The notes below the pieces were generated by a model that saw only the letters and a list, made by a program, of their open reading frames with translations, searched no databases and was not told where the DNA came from. The position numbers and the translations under genes are program-made. This document shows, one piece after another, positions 49,131 to 60,984 of a stretch of 64,000 bases of DNA (position 1 is its first letter; every line of letters starts with the position of its first letter). The stretch comes from Neodothiora populina (taxonomy: Eukaryota), in NCBI RefSeq assembly GCF_041146345.1, contig NW_027191417.1:1302001-1366000 (forward strand), read 5' to 3'.

Positions 49131-49999
49131 ATCTGCATTTTTTTCAGCGTCACTCCAGAGAATAATACCTCAAATGATGCACGGGGTGCTCTAGGGAGAT
49201 TTTTGTAACTGTACATGTTTATAGCTTTTTTTTCCCTTATTGTACACTGGGCATGGAGTTTTGCCGTGTTGTGATATATTTTATCTTGCTGTGAAATGTA
49301 CTGAGGTATGCAGCCAAAGCAAGATGTGAGGTCAGGAGACGTTGTACCTCGGCATTAAAGCATCCGGGTGGATGACGGAGCAGTGGCCGATTTGGGGCGT
49401 TCCCATGCCTTGTGGAACCATGCCTCCGGTACTTGTTACCTTATGCTGCGCAAAGTACAGGTACAGTACAAATACAATACTAAGGTATAGTACCTCGATG
49501 CACGCGGCTGCAGGGGACTGTCATTGACACGAAGTATAAAACGGGGTCCTAGAAAATAAAATATTATCATGATGCTTTGATGTCTGTTATTTCCAAAGGA
49601 GAATGGCCTTGTATCCAATGCCCACCCCCATATTTGTCAGTAAGGTTATCAGTGAGATAAGAAGTCAATATGGAGAAAAGACTGTTTGTTTCTGAATGCC
49701 GAAATGCCGAGGTATCTCAGACGTTCACATGTGGGTTATAACCATAGGCGACATCATCGTTCGTCTCGTGGCGATCCTGTGGTTTTATTCGTGTCTTGCA
49801 TTCCTCTAGATTTGATCGGGATTTGCTTTTCTGTTCTTCATCTTCCATCATTACGACGATTATCTGATAACAAGTCTTTCTCAACACACATCGGCTAGAA
49901 GCCCGGCAACATATAGAGCCACATCCACTCCACGTGCCCTCCCCCTTCCTCCCCCTTCCTCCTCCATCTCCTCCGCCTCCTCCGCCTTGCCCCACAAAC

Positions 50000-51133
50000 A
50001 TGTCCAAACCAGGGGACTTCGAAGCGGTAGCCGCAGACATCAAAACCCTTCTGCACCAACCTGAGTACGACGACGGCAGCGCAGGACCCGTGCTATTGCG
50101 CCTGGCATGGCACAGTGCCGGCACGTATTGTGCCGAGACGGACACGGGTGGCTCGAACGGCGCGGGCATGAGATACGAGGCCGAGGGCGGCGATCCTGCG
50201 AATGCTGGGTTGCAGCATGCCAGGGTGTTTTTGGAGACTGTTAAGGCGAAGCATTCATGGTGAGTATTTTTCTGATCTTTTATGGTTCTTGGGGTTGCTA
50301 GAGAACGTTTCTCGACTGATGGCCCGTCAGGATCACATACGCGGACTTGTGGACGTTAGCCGGCGTGGTAGCAGTCAAAGAGATGGGTGGCCCTGAGATC
50401 CCATGGAAGCCAGGCAGGACGGACTACGTCGACGACAGCAAGTTGCCTCCTCGCGGTCGACTGCCCGATGCCGCTCAGGGCGCAGACCACATCCGCTGGA
50501 TCTTCTACCGTATGGGATTCACAGACCAGGAGATCGTGGCGCTGAGTGGTGCACATAACCTCGGAAGAGGCCACATGGACCGCTCCGGTTTTCATGGTCC
50601 ATGGGTGCCTAACCCGACTAGATTCTCGTAAGTCTTTCTCACCAATCTCCTCCCCTTTTGCAAAAAAAGGCCTCTCTTCACTTCACCTTCATCACAAGCG
50701 CAAACCCCATCTAATGGGAGACGAAACCAGGAACCAATACTTCCGCATAATGCTAGAATGGGAATGGAAAGAGAAAACCCTCTCCAACGGCGTCAAGCAA
50801 TTCGTGCACTACGACGAAGATCTCGACGAGGAAATAATGATGCTGCCGACCGATCTCGCCCTGATCCACGACGAGGCCTTTGCGCCCTGGGTCAAGAAAT
50901 ACGCAAAGGACAAGGACCTCTTCTACAAGGACTTCGCCGCCGCTTTCGCAAAGTTGCTCGAGTTGGGTATCTCGAGGGATGCCGATGGCCGTATCACGAA
51001 TTCGGATAACGTCAAGGGTGGATATCATGCTGCGCCCAAGAAGAGTGGTAAGCCTGGCAAGCCGAAAGATGCGGGCGATGGGGTCGCGGCTCCGTTGAGC
51101 GATGAGAATGCCGCGTTCAAGGCGAAGCTATGA
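50000..51133 (+). CDS. Class I heme peroxidase (cytochrome c peroxidase-like, Ccp2 type) with C-terminal PTS1; 3 exons (50000-50259, 50331-50627, 50731-51133)
   Basis: Distal [21 protein letters not shown], proximal [19 protein letters not shown]; no mitochondrial presequence; ends -AKL. Confidence 0.9.
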
Positions 51134-51596
51134 TTGAGAGGTTTGAGAGAAGAAGAGAGAGTGTGTGATCATGGATAAAGTACACTATGAGATATACTAG
51201 AACTTAGATTGGTGTTCCGGAAGACTACAACGGTAGATCTAGAGCTAGCGATAGAAACACGGACATGTCGAACTCCAGATCGAAGAGCGAACATCACTTG
51301 GAATATGCAAGACTCGGCGTCTCAGTAACCTAGTACCTCACTGTAGGTGATGCATGTACGGTAGGCATGCACGAGTACCTCAGATAGTGCAGGACGTGGT
51401 ACTACATTACTGCACAACCTTACGGTACTTCATATTACAACATGTACCAAACGGGGATAACACTCCTATATCCGAGGAATACTCCGTCATACAGTGGGAC
51501 ATCCACAACACCTTAACTTTTGTATCTCGGATCAACGCCACCATTGACATATCTCATCTTTCCACCTCACAACGCACAATCCACCTCTGAATCTGT

Positions 51597-53396
51597 ATGC
51601 AGCCACCGACGATCGCAATCCCCTTCACATGTCTTCGCTGTATAGCCAGACGCGACTTGATCGCCGCTCGGCGCTCCATCCGCGGCAGGTCAAGTCGAGC
51701 AGCAGCAGAGCGACAATTCACCACTTCTGTCCCCACCAGGAATGAAGCGTCCCAGTCGCATAAAGTCAGAGATGGCGAGACTTATGAATCGAGCGGTGCG
51801 CAATCCTCGCAGGCAGAAGACAACGGCGGAGCCATGTCTCGACGCCTTGCGCAGCTGAGTGAAGAGGGACTTGAGAACAGCGGACGACGAGCGGCAAAGA
51901 TGGTGGAAGAGTCTGGCTTCGATGAGGATTTGAAGCGCCAATTAGAGGAACGCATAAAGAACGCCAGCTTTAAAAGTGAGTATGCCAGTGCGTTTGCTCA
52001 GGTGAATATGCCCTCTAGTGCTGGAAAGGGCACAAGAGATATCGCGGGCGCTAGAGCATGGGATGGAGAGGAGAGCCTCGAGGATGCTGCGTTACGTATG
52101 CTTGATGACTCTATAAAGCCCATGAAAGGTAGTGGTGGTTCGTCAAGAGCCATCAGGGCGCCTCCGATTAGGATACCGACCAAGATTGACACTGGACGCT
52201 CGAGGGCCGGGCCGAAGACTGGGACCAGGCTGGCCAATGCCCGGGACCAAACATCAGTGTATGCAAGTCTGAAAGACCTGCCGGAGGATGAGAGAGAACA
52301 ATTCCGCAAGGAGATGAAGGAGAGGTTCTCGCCGGCTGCTAGATCCGCCCCAGTGTCCGTCAGAGGCCTCGAGTCACTCGCGAATGAAAGGATTGAGGAT
52401 GCGATCGCTCGAGGAAAATTTAAGAACTTGCCTCGTGGAAAGAAGATCGAAAGGGATCACAATGCGAGTAGTCCTTTCATCAATACCACAGAGTACCTAC
52501 TCAATGGCATCATACAACGCCAGGACATCGTGCCGCCATGGATCGACAAGCAGCAAGAACTTGTATCGACTGCAGCGCGATTCAGGGGCCGCTTGCGAGC
52601 TGATTGGCGAAGACATGTTGCGAGGTCCATCGCTTCCAAAGGAGGAGGCCTTGCTTCACAAATGGCTCTCGCGGAAGAATATGCCTTTGCCGAAGCGGTT
52701 CATAATCCTCAATCTAACAAGAAAGAGAAGATCAATACTGTAGATGAGAGTGGCCATCTCTCTCAAATCACGCTCGCGGGCGAGCTGACAGCTGACAAAG
52801 CCACACCAGGGGCACAAACCCCGGTGGAGCTCAAGATCACCGAACAAGCAATTGACGAGTCCGGCAAGGTCATCGGGACTGAACGCGAAGAGGATACCAC
52901 TGTGACACCGATAGTTGACCAAGCTCAAGCCTCCGTTGTCGAAACTCAACCGCGGACCTCAACCGTCCCTCCCTTCAGAGACGCGGATTGGCTGCAAACT
53001 GAACTATCATATCAGAAGCTGGCAATCGACGAACTCAATGCCCTTACTCGGTCTTATAATCTCATGTGTCCGCAGCTAGCACAGAGACCATACTTTGATC
53101 TTCAGCGCGAGCTTAATTCCTGCTATGCTGATGTGGCACCACTGATTGCCAAAGAGATTGAAGGTACGATCACTCATCTATGCCTTTCAATGTAACGTAC
53201 TCAGAGCGTAGACTAACCTGTCACAGATCGAGCCAATGCACCAAAGAACAATCCCATAAACATAACGACTAGACCAGTCAGCCGATTGGAGAATTTCGTT
53301 GGATCACAAGCCAGAGTATATGATGAAGTGAAGCCACAGTATGGATTCAAAGACCTTATTAAGGATTGGTTTGGGCGGAAGAAGGATCCAAATTAA
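51597..53396 (+). CDS. DUF1992 (DNAJC28 conserved domain) protein, probably mitochondrial; 2 exons (51597-53163, 53227-53396)
   Basis: Arg-rich presequence-like N-terminus; LANERIEDAIARGKFKNLPRGK...INTTEYLLNGIIQRQDIVPPWI; LNALTRSYNL. Intron GTACGA...ACTAAC...CACAG. Confidence 0.8.
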
Positions 53397-53841
53397 AAGG
53401 TGCAATGTAAAGATACAACAATTTATGTGGAAATATACAACCGACCTGAGCTTTTTCGGATCATTTCATTTTCGCCAAACTTCTATGACGGATCGAATGA
53501 TATACGTGCGGACGTCCCGCTGCTCAGAGGCATTGCCGTTATTGCGCTGACCAGATGTGTGGGTGCTTGGTAGGCGAGGTCAGTGCAGCAAGACTTAGGG
53601 CGATTGTTATAATGAGGTAAGTGTATAATTTTCACTATACCTTGAGGCAGACAGTCAGTGCGAGGAAAGACTGATACCCGAGCAGTTAGTTCTGTGACGT
53701 CCATCGTACTTTCCGTGTATTGCCACTTTCGAGAAATACACATATACACAACCCCATACTGCTTCTATCATCGCGGCAGAAATATCGTTCATCGTTCAAC
53801 TCTGGTAGCATCCTATACACTGCTGTAGCCACCTTGTCATC

Positions 53842-55374
53842 ATGATTCGTTTGGGGGCTACACAGCAATCATCCTTGTTTAGCAGCATTAAGCAACATGT
53901 CTCAAGGTCGCAGGAGCGCGAGCGCGATCCTACGCAGCATAACCTACAAAGTGCTCCTTCTCGATGGAATCTGAAGTCCGATATAACCTGTAGCGGTGCA
54001 AGTTCTGTATATGAAGCATCACTCGCCTTATCATCAAACGACAATGCACTTCCCAATGCGGGAAAGGAAAATGGTGGGCAAAGGGAAGGCTCTTGCCCTG
54101 CCATGACTACCCTCATACCTCCAGTACAGGAGCAAGATGCCGTGATCAAGATTGTCCCTGCACCGCACATAGCTCGTTTCGTGAACAGACCTAATGGGAC
54201 GCCCCTGTTCACCATCATCGAACAGCGGTCGCTCGCAACACTGAAATCGAAGGCGTCAAGTCTCGCTTTCACAATACGCGCTACGCAGGTCACTCCCTCT
54301 GCGAAAGGGGGCATCGGGACCGATGTCATAGTGAGGGGCCCTAAAGCTGCCAGTGCAGACGACATCACTCCCCTTCCTCCACTTGTAAAATGTGGCATTC
54401 AATCAAGTGATTCCGGCCTCACGAGCATGCCTGGCACACCAGCGCATCAACATAGGCCATTGCAGCCACCGTATGATCCTCCGTATCGATGCAAAACACC
54501 TGACGGTATTCGTCGGTGGCCGGACGAGCCCATTTCGCCTCAACAAGCCACAACCGGGTCAACATCTAGATTGAGGCAAGTTTCAAGAAGGCTTTTCAAC
54601 GGCAAGACAGTGCAACTACGGCGGGCACTAGTAGGTTTTGTTCGTCGAGGACTGGGCCATAGATCCCAGCCAGTGCTACGACCATGGCGCCCTCCCGGAA
54701 GTGGTCATTTCACAAGTGGACACGATGACTTGTTACAACATCCATTCCAGAACGTACCCCTAGCCACAATTGGTCCAGCCAGTGATATCAGCCGACAGCC
54801 TGCACCTTCCCCTCCAGCAACATCAGACCCAGTACATGTCGATACTCCTCGACCTCGAGAACGAGCTCACGTTCGCTCGTACAGTGCGAGCTCCGCGCAG
54901 CGAGCTCTGAGCTCCTTGAGCGGCAATGCGATACCGGTCAGTCTACTCCAAGATCTTTTGCTCATGCAGCCCAGGACGGTCACCATACCTGAAAGGGCGA
55001 TCAAACGAAAGCCAGTACCGTCCGTCATATCTCAAGAGAGAGCCTCTCAGCTTCTAAGTCATGCATCTTCATCCGACACTGTGAATACGCTTGACGTGAT
55101 TCAGAAGTTTCCGCCTCCACCAGTATGGGACGGAGCCAAACCTTTTCGCAACATCCGAGGACCGCTGCCTGTTTTTGCACCGAAGCCGCGATCCTCATCC
55201 GTTGTTGGATTTATGGAGAGCCCTGAAGCAATCTCTTACTCATCACTCAACCTCAATGCTGGTGACATACAGCGCGGCAGTACATCACACCTCTGCAGAT
55301 CTGACGTGCCGACCACTTGTCTTCAGAACGCACGCGAAGTCGACCTTCGTCAAGGAAGCTCAGACTCGGAATAG
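53842..55374 (+). CDS. Uncharacterised Pro/Ser/Arg-rich protein (may continue past an in-frame TAG to 56034)
   Basis: 510-codon ORF in a gene-sized gap; no recognisable domain; start codon uncertain. Confidence 0.55.
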   Translation: MIRLGATQQSSLFSSIKQHVSRSQERERDPTQHNLQSAPSRWNLKSDITCSGASSVYEASLALSSNDNALPNAGKENGGQREGSCPAMTTLIPPVQEQDAVIKIVPAPHIARFVNRPNGTPLFTIIEQRSLATLKSKASSLAFTIRATQVTPSAKGGIGTDVIVRGPKAASADDITPLPPLVKCGIQSSDSGLTSMPGTPAHQHRPLQPPYDPPYRCKTPDGIRRWPDEPISPQQATTGSTSRLRQVSRRLFNGKTVQLRRALVGFVRRGLGHRSQPVLRPWRPPGSGHFTSGHDDLLQHPFQNVPLATIGPASDISRQPAPSPPATSDPVHVDTPRPRERAHVRSYSASSAQRALSSLSGNAIPVSLLQDLLLMQPRTVTIPERAIKRKPVPSVISQERASQLLSHASSSDTVNTLDVIQKFPPPPVWDGAKPFRNIRGPLPVFAPKPRSSSVVGFMESPEAISYSSLNLNAGDIQRGSTSHLCRSDVPTTCLQNAREVDLRQGSSDSE

Positions 55375-55401
55375 CAGACCGAAGACGATGCAGCCGCCGG
55401 C

Positions 55402-56034
55402 ATGTGTACACCACCGATCCGTGGAGAGGCGAATTCGAGATATTCTTTATATGGAACACCTATTTATCGGCCTGATTCGGCATCCGTGACCAGTCACGAT
55501 CGCGAGCGACTCGACACTATCGTCAACCACGAGCGTGGCGAGCCTCTGACCTCTGTCAAGCCAGGCCAAGCACTCACCTTGAACATACCTTTATACAGAC
55601 GTCCCAGCAGAGCAGCCGCGGATCGCGCAGTCTTTCGTCACAGCGGCAGTCGAGACAGTAGTGGACAGGCTACAATCGTGCCGGCTACTGTGACATACCT
55701 AGGTCGTTTGTGTCCGCACTTGCAAGCTGCAGCTCTCACTGATGAAGATGTCGTGAGCCATTCGAACGGCGTCAGGAACTTGAGCGGTGGCATCAGGCGA
55801 GCCAAGCGTACTCGTACTCGGAACAGCTCGACAAAAGCAGCAGAGAGCAGCATAGCTAAAGGAAAGACGCAGTGCTGGAAGTGCAGAGTCAAGGCGAAGC
55901 TCAAGACAGGTCTGAGAGGCTGGAGGAATCAAGAATGTTTTTGCGCAGGAAAAGTCGATGATTGTGACGAGAACACCGAGGAGCAGGCGCCGAGACGTGT
56001 GTCGTGGAGGTCGTTGGAGCATACGCCCCTATGA
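55402..56034 (+). CDS. Uncharacterised ORF in the same frame as 53842-55374, probably the 3' part of the same gene
   Basis: 210 codons, same frame, only 27 open nt after the upstream TAG; Cys-containing tail (CWKC, CFC). Confidence 0.45.
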   Translation: MCTPPIRGEANSRYSLYGTPIYRPDSASVTSHDRERLDTIVNHERGEPLTSVKPGQALTLNIPLYRRPSRAAADRAVFRHSGSRDSSGQATIVPATVTYLGRLCPHLQAAALTDEDVVSHSNGVRNLSGGIRRAKRTRTRNSSTKAAESSIAKGKTQCWKCRVKAKLKTGLRGWRNQECFCAGKVDDCDENTEEQAPRRVSWRSLEHTPL

Positions 56035-56508
56035 ACCGAGAGTCTTGTGTTCATCAGAAGTCTTCTTCCCCCTCTTTCATATCATCAAGAAGAATAATTG
56101 TACTTTGAACAGCATATTCATGCATCCATTCTCAGTAGCAAGGATGTAGGCAAGTAAATCAAAGCGTGGCAAAGGTGCGAAAGGCGACTATGGTAAGTTA
56201 AGCAGAGCACAACGAAATAAACATGAGCTTCTGCCAACACAATAATCACAGAGATGATGGAGATTGTCGGATATTCAATATCGACATGACATCAAATGTC
56301 TGGAGACGGTGTTTTCGTTCCCCATCCATTGACACCGCGAAGTGACCGCCCTAGCCCTGCAAGGAACGAAAAGGCCAACGAGAAGAGGTACAGCCAGAAA
56401 AAGATGGATAAGGGACAAGAATCGCATAGATACACGACGGCGAAGAATAAACTCCTAAAATCCAAATATTGGTATAAAGCATTCCCCATCCATTCATCTT
56501 CGCAGTAA

Positions 56509-56560
56509 GCAGCGCAGCGCAGCGCAGCCCAGCCCAGCTCATCGCAACGCAACGCAACGC
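56509..56560 (+). repeat. Compound pentanucleotide repeat of GCAGC/CCAGC/GCAAC units
   Basis: gcagcgcagcgcagcgcagcccagcccagctcatcgcaacgcaacgcaacgc read directly. Confidence 0.75.
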
Positions 56561-56781
56561 GAAGAATGAAAAAAAAATAACAACAAACGATTCCACGTCG
56601 AGGCTTCGCATTTCGCCTCGGTTCCCATATGTACCGTGTCCTTGCTTGCTTGTTCGCTTCTATACAACACCACGTAAAGTGCACATCCCGTTCTCCAATA
56701 GCAGCCTATTTCTTTCCCACAGAGACAAGTGCAGTAAAAAGGAAAAAGAAGCAATTCGATAATCACATGAACCCTCCTTTT

Positions 56782-59470
56782 CTACAAAACCCTCGGCCTG
56801 ACGCGCCTCTTAGCAGGCGACGCAAGCCCCGGCGGCATGCTCAGCGCTATCGTCTTGCTGTCTCTCTCGTCGGCGTCGTCTGCTGATCCGGCAGTGCTGG
56901 ACTTGGTGTTGTTCGAGTGGTGCCCCGCGGCGGAGGCGGTTCGGGGTAATAGACTTGTTCCGACGATGGTTTTTGGCCTTTTCTTTGCTGGGGATGCTAG
57001 GCCTGGTGTCACCGTTGTGGTTGTTGTTGTTGCTGCTGAGACGGAGATTGTTGATAAGGAAGGTGCGGCAGAACTTGGTTTTTTGGTGAGCTTGTTCTCC
57101 GTGTTACTGGATGGGTTGGCGGCGGGCAATTTGGGTGCGGGGTGGAGACCTAGTCTGGATGTTGGTGGTGTTGTTGTCGCTATACTGCCTGCAGCCGGCT
57201 TCGCAGAGGTGCTCTTTGCTGTTGTCTTTGTGGTCTTTGTTGATGATGAAGACGAAGAACTTGAGGGTCCCAGAGCTTCAAAGTTCAACTTCTTGGGCGT
57301 TGGAAGACTTCTCGTTGAATGCTTTCTTGTCCTGCTTCCGGTGGCTGTTGTGGAAGCTGTAGATGCCGCAGGAGCAGTAGAGGCTGGAGCAGCATCAGAT
57401 GTGGTCGTTCCGGTGCGCGAGGCTGCCACTTCCGCTGGAAGAAGTGATGCAGCAGACGATAGAAGACCTTTGGCTGGTGTGGCGATGCGCGATTTCCGTT
57501 TCTTCGGCAGCGATGCTGGTGCAGCTGCTGCTTTGGACGTCGTTTCTTCCGTTGCCGTCGTTGCGCTTTGAGGCTCAATTTCATCTGCCTCGACCTCACT
57601 CCCGACACTCAGTGCTGCAGCATTCTGACTCGCTTTGCTGGGCGTTCGTGGTCGACGCACTTTAGATTTGACTGGTGTGGGAGCCTGAGCTGCTGCTGCC
57701 GCCGCCGCCGCCTTTTCTGCCTCCCTCTCTGCTTCTTCCTCCATGGTTGCCTGACACGGAACGGATCTTCTTGCTTCCTGAGAATCTGCGTCGTCTTCGA
57801 ACTCTTGGTAGTATGCGAGATTGACATCCCAGCGTACGCCCTTGACATTATCCGCGGCGCCATCTCCAACCTTCTCCGCTGGAGCACCACTGCTCTCTTC
57901 GGATGGTTCGCGAGAAGCTGGCTCGGTGGCTAGTTCACATAGGCGAACGACCGGCATGATACTACCGCCCTTGTTCTTGCGAGTGTTTGCTCGAGTCAGC
58001 AGAGACAGCTCTTGCGCGTCTGTTCGCTTGATGGCGACTGGAGTGCCGGTACTGCGTATGGTGATCTTATTAGGACCTTTGGCATATTTAGAAGGAGAGG
58101 CAGCCAATGGACCAAGCTGAACGACACGATTGCGGCTTCTTATGCTTCGTCGTGTCGGTTTCGCATCGGTTGCCGCTGCTTCGTTCTCAACGGCAGGTTC
58201 AGGGAGTGTTTCCGGTGTTTCTTCACTTGGCTCAAGAGAGCTTTCGGACTCGTTCTCGCACGCCACGTCCTCGACAACAGCAACGGACTTCCTAGGCATT
58301 GGGCTGTTAGGATCCAGATCTCCCAGAATGTCGACTTTTGCGGGCGATGCGAGGGCTTGGCGGACTACGTCAGAGTCTCTCCGGTTGGTCAAGGACTCCC
58401 GTCTACCGATAGAAATGGAGGGCTTTTTGCTGGCTGCTGCGCGGTTCAAGAAGGCGTGGAGAATGGCGGTGTCATCTGATATCCTAGGTTTCTGACGAGC
58501 TTCTGCAGATTCGGCTCCGGCGGGTGGGGCAGAAACAGAGCGGTGGATCGGTGAGTGGATTGAAACATCCAGCAAAGTAGGACTCGAAGGCAGGTTCTGC
58601 AGATCTACCACTGGTGACACAACACTTTCACAGGTCTCGCTGACTTCGGGAATGTCGATGATGAGTTGGTCGTCCTGTGGTGAGGGCGAATCTTCCTGTG
58701 TCTCGGGCATTGCATCGTCTGAGACGTTCACATCTACGCTTTGTTGTGGCGTAACACCACCGTTTGATTGCGTCTCTGGCTCCTCCTCAACCTGGTCTTC
58801 TTCTGACGCGACATCTGACCAGTCTCCCTTGTCGGACTTCTCGCTGTCGTCGGCTTGGACCTCGACCAGAGGCTCATCCGGTGCTGATGCATGTATCTCG
58901 GGCACCATGGCCGATTTCTTCGAATATCTTAGTGGTGACTGCGCATGAACAACATGTTTATGGGCTCTCTTGCCTAGAGTGGCAAGAGATTAGTGACACG
59001 GTCGCTTCACTGGGTATCATGAACCACATACGTAGGGGAGTCGCCGCCACCATGTCCCAATGGTTTGCCGTCGCGCTCTGGCCAAATCCGGTATTGACGC
59101 AGCGCTTCTTGACGACTTTCTTCGGGGATGGAGAGGCAGCGATCAGGTTCTTTATCCGGGTCATGCGAGCATTGTTGAGGAACTTTGGTCTGTCCGTGAC
59201 GGAGGTCGACGAGGAGGCGGTGACGACATGAGATTGCGGAAAGTCGTGGCGATGCCATACCTTACGGGCGATACGATGCTTGATAGCAGGCGACTGCGCT
59301 TTACGCTCCCAGGCGCGTGGTATATGTTTGAGTCGGAGAGCGGGAAGTAGATGTGCAGAGTCGGTGGGGTCCCATGTCGCTCCGAATTCTTGTGACTGTC
59401 GGTGTATTTGAGGTGGATTGTCGTCGGACTGACTACTGTTGGTGTCCAGTGGTACTGTTGCCTTCTCCAT
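56782..59470 (-). CDS. Uncharacterised, largely disordered protein (~876 aa); 2 exons (59470-59032, 58973-56782)
   Basis: Intron GTATGT...CTAAT...CTAG (59031-58974) joins ORF 58958-59578 to ORF 56782-58908 in frame; motif islands PRAWERK, ILHAFLNRAAASK, LTRANTRKNKG, KGVRWD. Confidence 0.8.
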
Positions 59471-59679
59471 TGCGCGCACAAAGATAAGAGAATGTGTGAA
59501 TATCTGTGTATGTACTGGGGGTGGAGACACAGAGTGGAACACGCGCAGGTGGACTGCCCGCAGTAAACAACCAAACAATCAAACAAATCCCTCCACCGTC
59601 ACTTCCTCTTGCAGTTGTGTCGCGTGTTTGGCGACGCTTGGACCAGCTCTTGTGACCACACTTGGCCGCCACAGCTGTG

Positions 59680-59688
59680 GTCACGTGA
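59680..59688. promoter_or_regulatory. GTCACGTGA (Cbf1-type bHLH site) in the short divergent promoter between the unknown gene and MRP10
   Basis: Exact RTCACGTG match within a 325-bp divergent intergenic region. Function inferred. Confidence 0.4.
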
Positions 59689-59795
59689 GCGGAAGCAGCC
59701 CGCGACTCGAAGATTGGAAGACGACGGCTAGAGACACACCAGATCCACGGCGACATCTGACGATAGTCTCATGTTCATATACCGTCACCGCAACA

Positions 59796-60210
59796 ATGGT
59801 CGTCAAGAACTCTCAGGCCGTCACGCGGGCCACTGCCCCTCGCCTTCCACCTCTTCCCAAGCTCCGAGTCCGCAGACCCGACCAGGCCAACGCAAACCCT
59901 TGCATCGGCGTCATGTCTTCGGTTCTTGGTATGGAGCGTGATCAGCACATCTTGTTTCTGTATATCGCTGACTCTTCCTGTCAGGATGCTGGGCATCGTC
60001 CGGATACAGCGCCCAGGGATGCGCGGCATTGGAGCAACAGCTAAGGGCATGCATGGACGCTCCCGTACGCCATCGGTCGCACTCTCCTCGACTTGGTCAC
60101 CCATCACTGACACTTGCGCACAGAAAGCCCAATCGAACAAGAAGAGCACCATCAACTACCATCTTTCCAGACTATACCCCCAGATCGTCGGCCCTCACAA
60201 GCGAAGGTAG
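59796..60210 (+). CDS. MRP10: Mitochondrial 37S ribosomal protein Mrp10 (mS37, twin CX9C); 3 exons (59796-59928, 59985-60064, 60124-60210)
   Basis: RLPPLPKLRVRRP...NPCIGVMSSVLGCWASSGYSAQGCAALEQQLRACMD...INYHLSRLYP; twin CX9C spacing. Confidence 0.92.
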
Positions 60211-60984
60211 ACCGGTCGCGCCGGGTTTACATGTACTATGCATTTTTGGTCTACTCTGCCCACACCATCCACATGGCAGTGTAGCAGAGCCTTGTAGCAG
60301 AGCCTTGGACGGTCAAGATGGACACGAAGCATCGCACGGAGTATATCGGGTTGGGATGCGCGCTCGACAAGACCGCATACAGGCGTCTTTGGTGTACGAA
60401 TGGGAATACAAGATTTTATTTCACGTCAAAAATATTCATATCCCTGCCAGTCCTATGGTTCCGATGCTGGCTGGCAAAGAGCCGGAAGTGCCGAGTCCGA
60501 TCTGCTCCGTCTACAGCATCTGACTCTCACACGGTCTCTTCTGATGAAGAGCATCGATTGTCCACGATATATTTTTGTCTACAGAGCCAAGTCTTGGCAT
60601 CTCCATTGCGGAGTTCGGGAGTGATGCGGCTCTGCTGTAAAGACATATCCATCCCACTTTCTAGATGATTCCTTGGGTTCTCTTTGGTCAATTACTGCCA
60701 CACCATAAGGTATCATACATAGCCCGCTCCTTGTTCACACTGTTGTAGCCGTCCAAGCCTGTCCCTGCGAAATAGTCATCTCCTGTAGCCAAGGTCAGTT
60801 CTTCTCGTTCACCGTTCACCTTCAACACACACAAAGAAGAAGAGAGGGGTCACAACTTCTACAAAGAACAATGAATACCTTATACATGACACATGTGTTT
60901 CACATTTCATGACTTGAGCCCGTTTTCGACTGACCACAAAAAGACATTGATCTTCCCAATCATCCACAACAATCATTACCCACA

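Noticed and set aside
49934..49999. Poly-Pro N-terminal extension of the peroxidase from a GTG start
   Set aside because: It reflects a CT-rich promoter/leader tract; the ATG at 50000 gives the expected N-terminus.
28949..51133. Apparent redox/TPP grouping of TKL1, NAD kinase, KGD1 and the peroxidase
   Set aside because: The genes are interleaved with unrelated housekeeping genes and no shared regulatory motif is evident; chance co-location is sufficient.
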